A stretch of DNA of 27,037 nucleotides. Source: a candidate division WOR-3 bacterium (GTDB lineage Bacteria > Hydrothermota > Hydrothermia > LBFQ01). Each line of letters starts with the position of its first letter. The stretch's first letter is position 1. The stretch is taken from assembly GCA_027050205.1 (NCBI GenBank), contig JALUCS010000115.1, positions 1-27,037 of the forward strand, written 5' to 3'. The notes under the pieces are model-generated. The model was not told the origin of the DNA and ran no database searches. It worked only from the letters and a program-made list of their open reading frames with translations. The translations under genes were made by a program, and so were the position numbers. Shown in pieces: positions 25,466 to 27,037 of the stretch.

Positions 25466-26808
25466 TCCTGGTCCTACTGTCCGACTACCCCTTCTCGCCG
25501 AACGTCCGGATCTCCCCCGACCCCGAAAGGGTTTTGAACCAGGGGGAGTCCTCCTTCGCCGTCTCGGCCTCCGGAGACAGCATATACGTCGCCTGCAACA
25601 CCAACGAGAGGGGTTCCTACGCCGCCCTGCCCTTCGCCGCCTCCTACGACGGCGGGGCCTCCTTCCCGAACAACTACAACTTCAGGGACAACAGCGTCGG
25701 GATAACCTGGCACACCGACCCCGTCGTCGGCGTGGATGACTCCGGCCACGTCCACCTGTTGGTGCAGTTCTCAACCTACGTCATAAAGCACTACCTGTCC
25801 AGAGATGGAGGGAGGACGTGGTCGGACACCTCAACGGTTAGCGACCTCTCAACGGGTGGGGACGTGGATAAGCCCTGGATGGTCGTTAGGGGGGATACGG
25901 TTTATGTGGCCTGGCAGGAGTTCGGAGGCTCGGATCCCGGAATAAGGTTCGCCCGGTCCTACGACGGGGGGAGGACGTGGTGGAGGAGGACGATATACCC
26001 CTACGCCGGTCTGGTGGCCATGGCGGTTTCAGGGGACGGCACCATCCACCTCGCGCACATATCGGGGTACTACCTGTACTACAAGAAGTCCACGGATCAC
26101 GGCACGACGTGGTCCTCCTCCCTCTATCTGGGGGGTGTGTCCTACTCCGCCGGCTACGGCGACCGCGCCCCCATAAACTCCATCGCCGTCTTCGGGGATA
26201 CGATCTTCGTAACCTGGGTGGATGACCGGTACGGGACGTGGGACATCCTCGGTAGGTACTCATACGACGGCGGAAGTACCTGGGGACCCACCATCGTCGT
26301 AAACGGTACGACGGCCGGGGGGCAGTGTAAGGGCTGGGCCACCTCCGACCCCTACGGCGGCCTCCACGTCTTCTACTACAGCACCCCCTCGTGGCCCACG
26401 GACAGCAACAGTCTGTGGTCCATAATGTACCGGTACTCGCCGGACTTCGGCCAGACCTGGTACCCGGAGATAAGGATAAGCGACACCACCTTCACCTCCC
26501 CGGTGGAGTTCATGGGAGACTACCACACCATCCTAGCCGACAGCCACTACGTCTACGCCGTGTGGGCGGATGGCAGGGAGGGGGACTTGGACCTCTTCTT
26601 CAGCAAGGCGCCCCTGACCCTCCTGAAGGTATGGGAGGCACCGGCGGCAAGCACCCCCACCCTCAAGGGCAAGGTTAAGGTGTACGACGTAACCGGCAGG
26701 TTGGTATATACGGGGAACTGGGAGGACGCCCACCTCAAGCCCGGAGCCTACCTCGTAAGGACGGCGGACGGTACGGTGAAGGTAACCGTACGGCGGAAGG
26801 GTCGGTAG
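25462..26808 (+). CDS. Asp-box (BNR) beta-propeller, sialidase-like fold, with T9SS type A-like C-terminal domain
   Basis: Six Asp-boxes (SYDGGASF, SRDGGRTW, SYDGGRTW, STDHGTTW, SYDGGSTW, SPDFGQTW); C-terminal VKVYDVTGRLV...LKPGAYLVR. Confidence 0.85.
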   Translation: MILVLLSDYPFSPNVRISPDPERVLNQGESSFAVSASGDSIYVACNTNERGSYAALPFAASYDGGASFPNNYNFRDNSVGITWHTDPVVGVDDSGHVHLLVQFSTYVIKHYLSRDGGRTWSDTSTVSDLSTGGDVDKPWMVVRGDTVYVAWQEFGGSDPGIRFARSYDGGRTWWRRTIYPYAGLVAMAVSGDGTIHLAHISGYYLYYKKSTDHGTTWSSSLYLGGVSYSAGYGDRAPINSIAVFGDTIFVTWVDDRYGTWDILGRYSYDGGSTWGPTIVVNGTTAGGQCKGWATSDPYGGLHVFYYSTPSWPTDSNSLWSIMYRYSPDFGQTWYPEIRISDTTFTSPVEFMGDYHTILADSHYVYAVWADGREGDLDLFFSKAPLTLLKVWEAPAASTPTLKGKVKVYDVTGRLVYTGNWEDAHLKPGAYLVRTADGTVKVTVRRKGR

Positions 26809-26830
26809 TACTGGCCGCTCCCTTCAACAG

Positions 26831-26860
26831 TATAATACACGCTCCTGAAAGGAGGAGGTG
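26831..26860 (+). promoter_or_regulatory. -10 box TATAAT (26831-26836) and strong SD GGAGGAGGTG (26851-26860) for fusA
   Basis: cagTATAATacacgctcctgaaaGGAGGAGGTGaaagcGTG. Confidence 0.65.
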
Positions 26861-26865
26861 AAAGC

Positions 26866-27037
26866 GTGGCCATAGACATAAGCAAGATACGGAACATAGG
26901 CATAATAGCGCACATAGACGCCGGTAAGACCACAACGACGGAGAGGATCCTTTACTACACCGGGCGTAAGCACAAGATAGGCGAGGTCCACGAGGGCGAG
27001 GCGGAGATGGACTGGATGGAGCAGGAGAGGGAGAGGG
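26866..27037 (+). CDS. fusA: Elongation factor G (5' part; runs off the window end)
   Basis: Not in the ORF track; hand translation from [60 protein letters not shown]. Confidence 0.96.
   Translation, partial: MAIDISKIRNIGIIAHIDAGKTTTTERILYYTGRKHKIGEVHEGEAEMDWMEQERER

Noticed and set aside
876..26935. Many antisense and alternate-frame ORFs in the track (e.g. 5672-6517, 7122-7862, 12077-12922, 23186-23956)
   Set aside because: They shadow well-supported genes, which is expected with GC-rich biased codon usage, and show no family motifs.

Overview
Gene-dense chromosomal segment of a GC-rich, probably thermophilic diderm bacterium. It has heavy AGG/ATA codon use, charged-residue-rich proteins, a TolC and a T9SS-type C-terminal domain, so an FCB-related or WOR-3-like lineage is plausible (inference only). 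Content in order: partial YeeE/YedE transporter, class A PBP, a Cu/Ag RND efflux operon (YtkA-fused CusB, unknown membrane protein, CusA, TolC), DUF4230, a solitary rplE, an inactive-type M16 peptidase, nadA, a TPR protein and a lipoprotein, a TM2-like/DUF2752 pair, site-2 protease, yidC, a LolD-like ATPase followed by roadblock-like, PP2C phosphatase and Ser/Thr kinase genes, suhB, an unrecognised ORF, a MidA-type methyltransferase, an Asp-box propeller protein and the start of fusA. No rRNA, tRNA, CRISPR array or mobile element was recognised. The most notable signals are architectural. (1) Fifteen genes have a TANNNT -10 box only 6-11 nt before the start codon and no clear Shine-Dalgarno, five of them at TTG, which points to leaderless expression. 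(2) Normally conserved operons are broken up (rplE, yidC, fusA, nadA). (3) Exported proteins have ultra-short hydrophobic N-termini. (4) TCGA is almost absent. (5) Several AT-richer non-coding islands share a TTCAATAAAC motif and contain hairpins. All family assignments come from motif recognition by eye, not from database searches.
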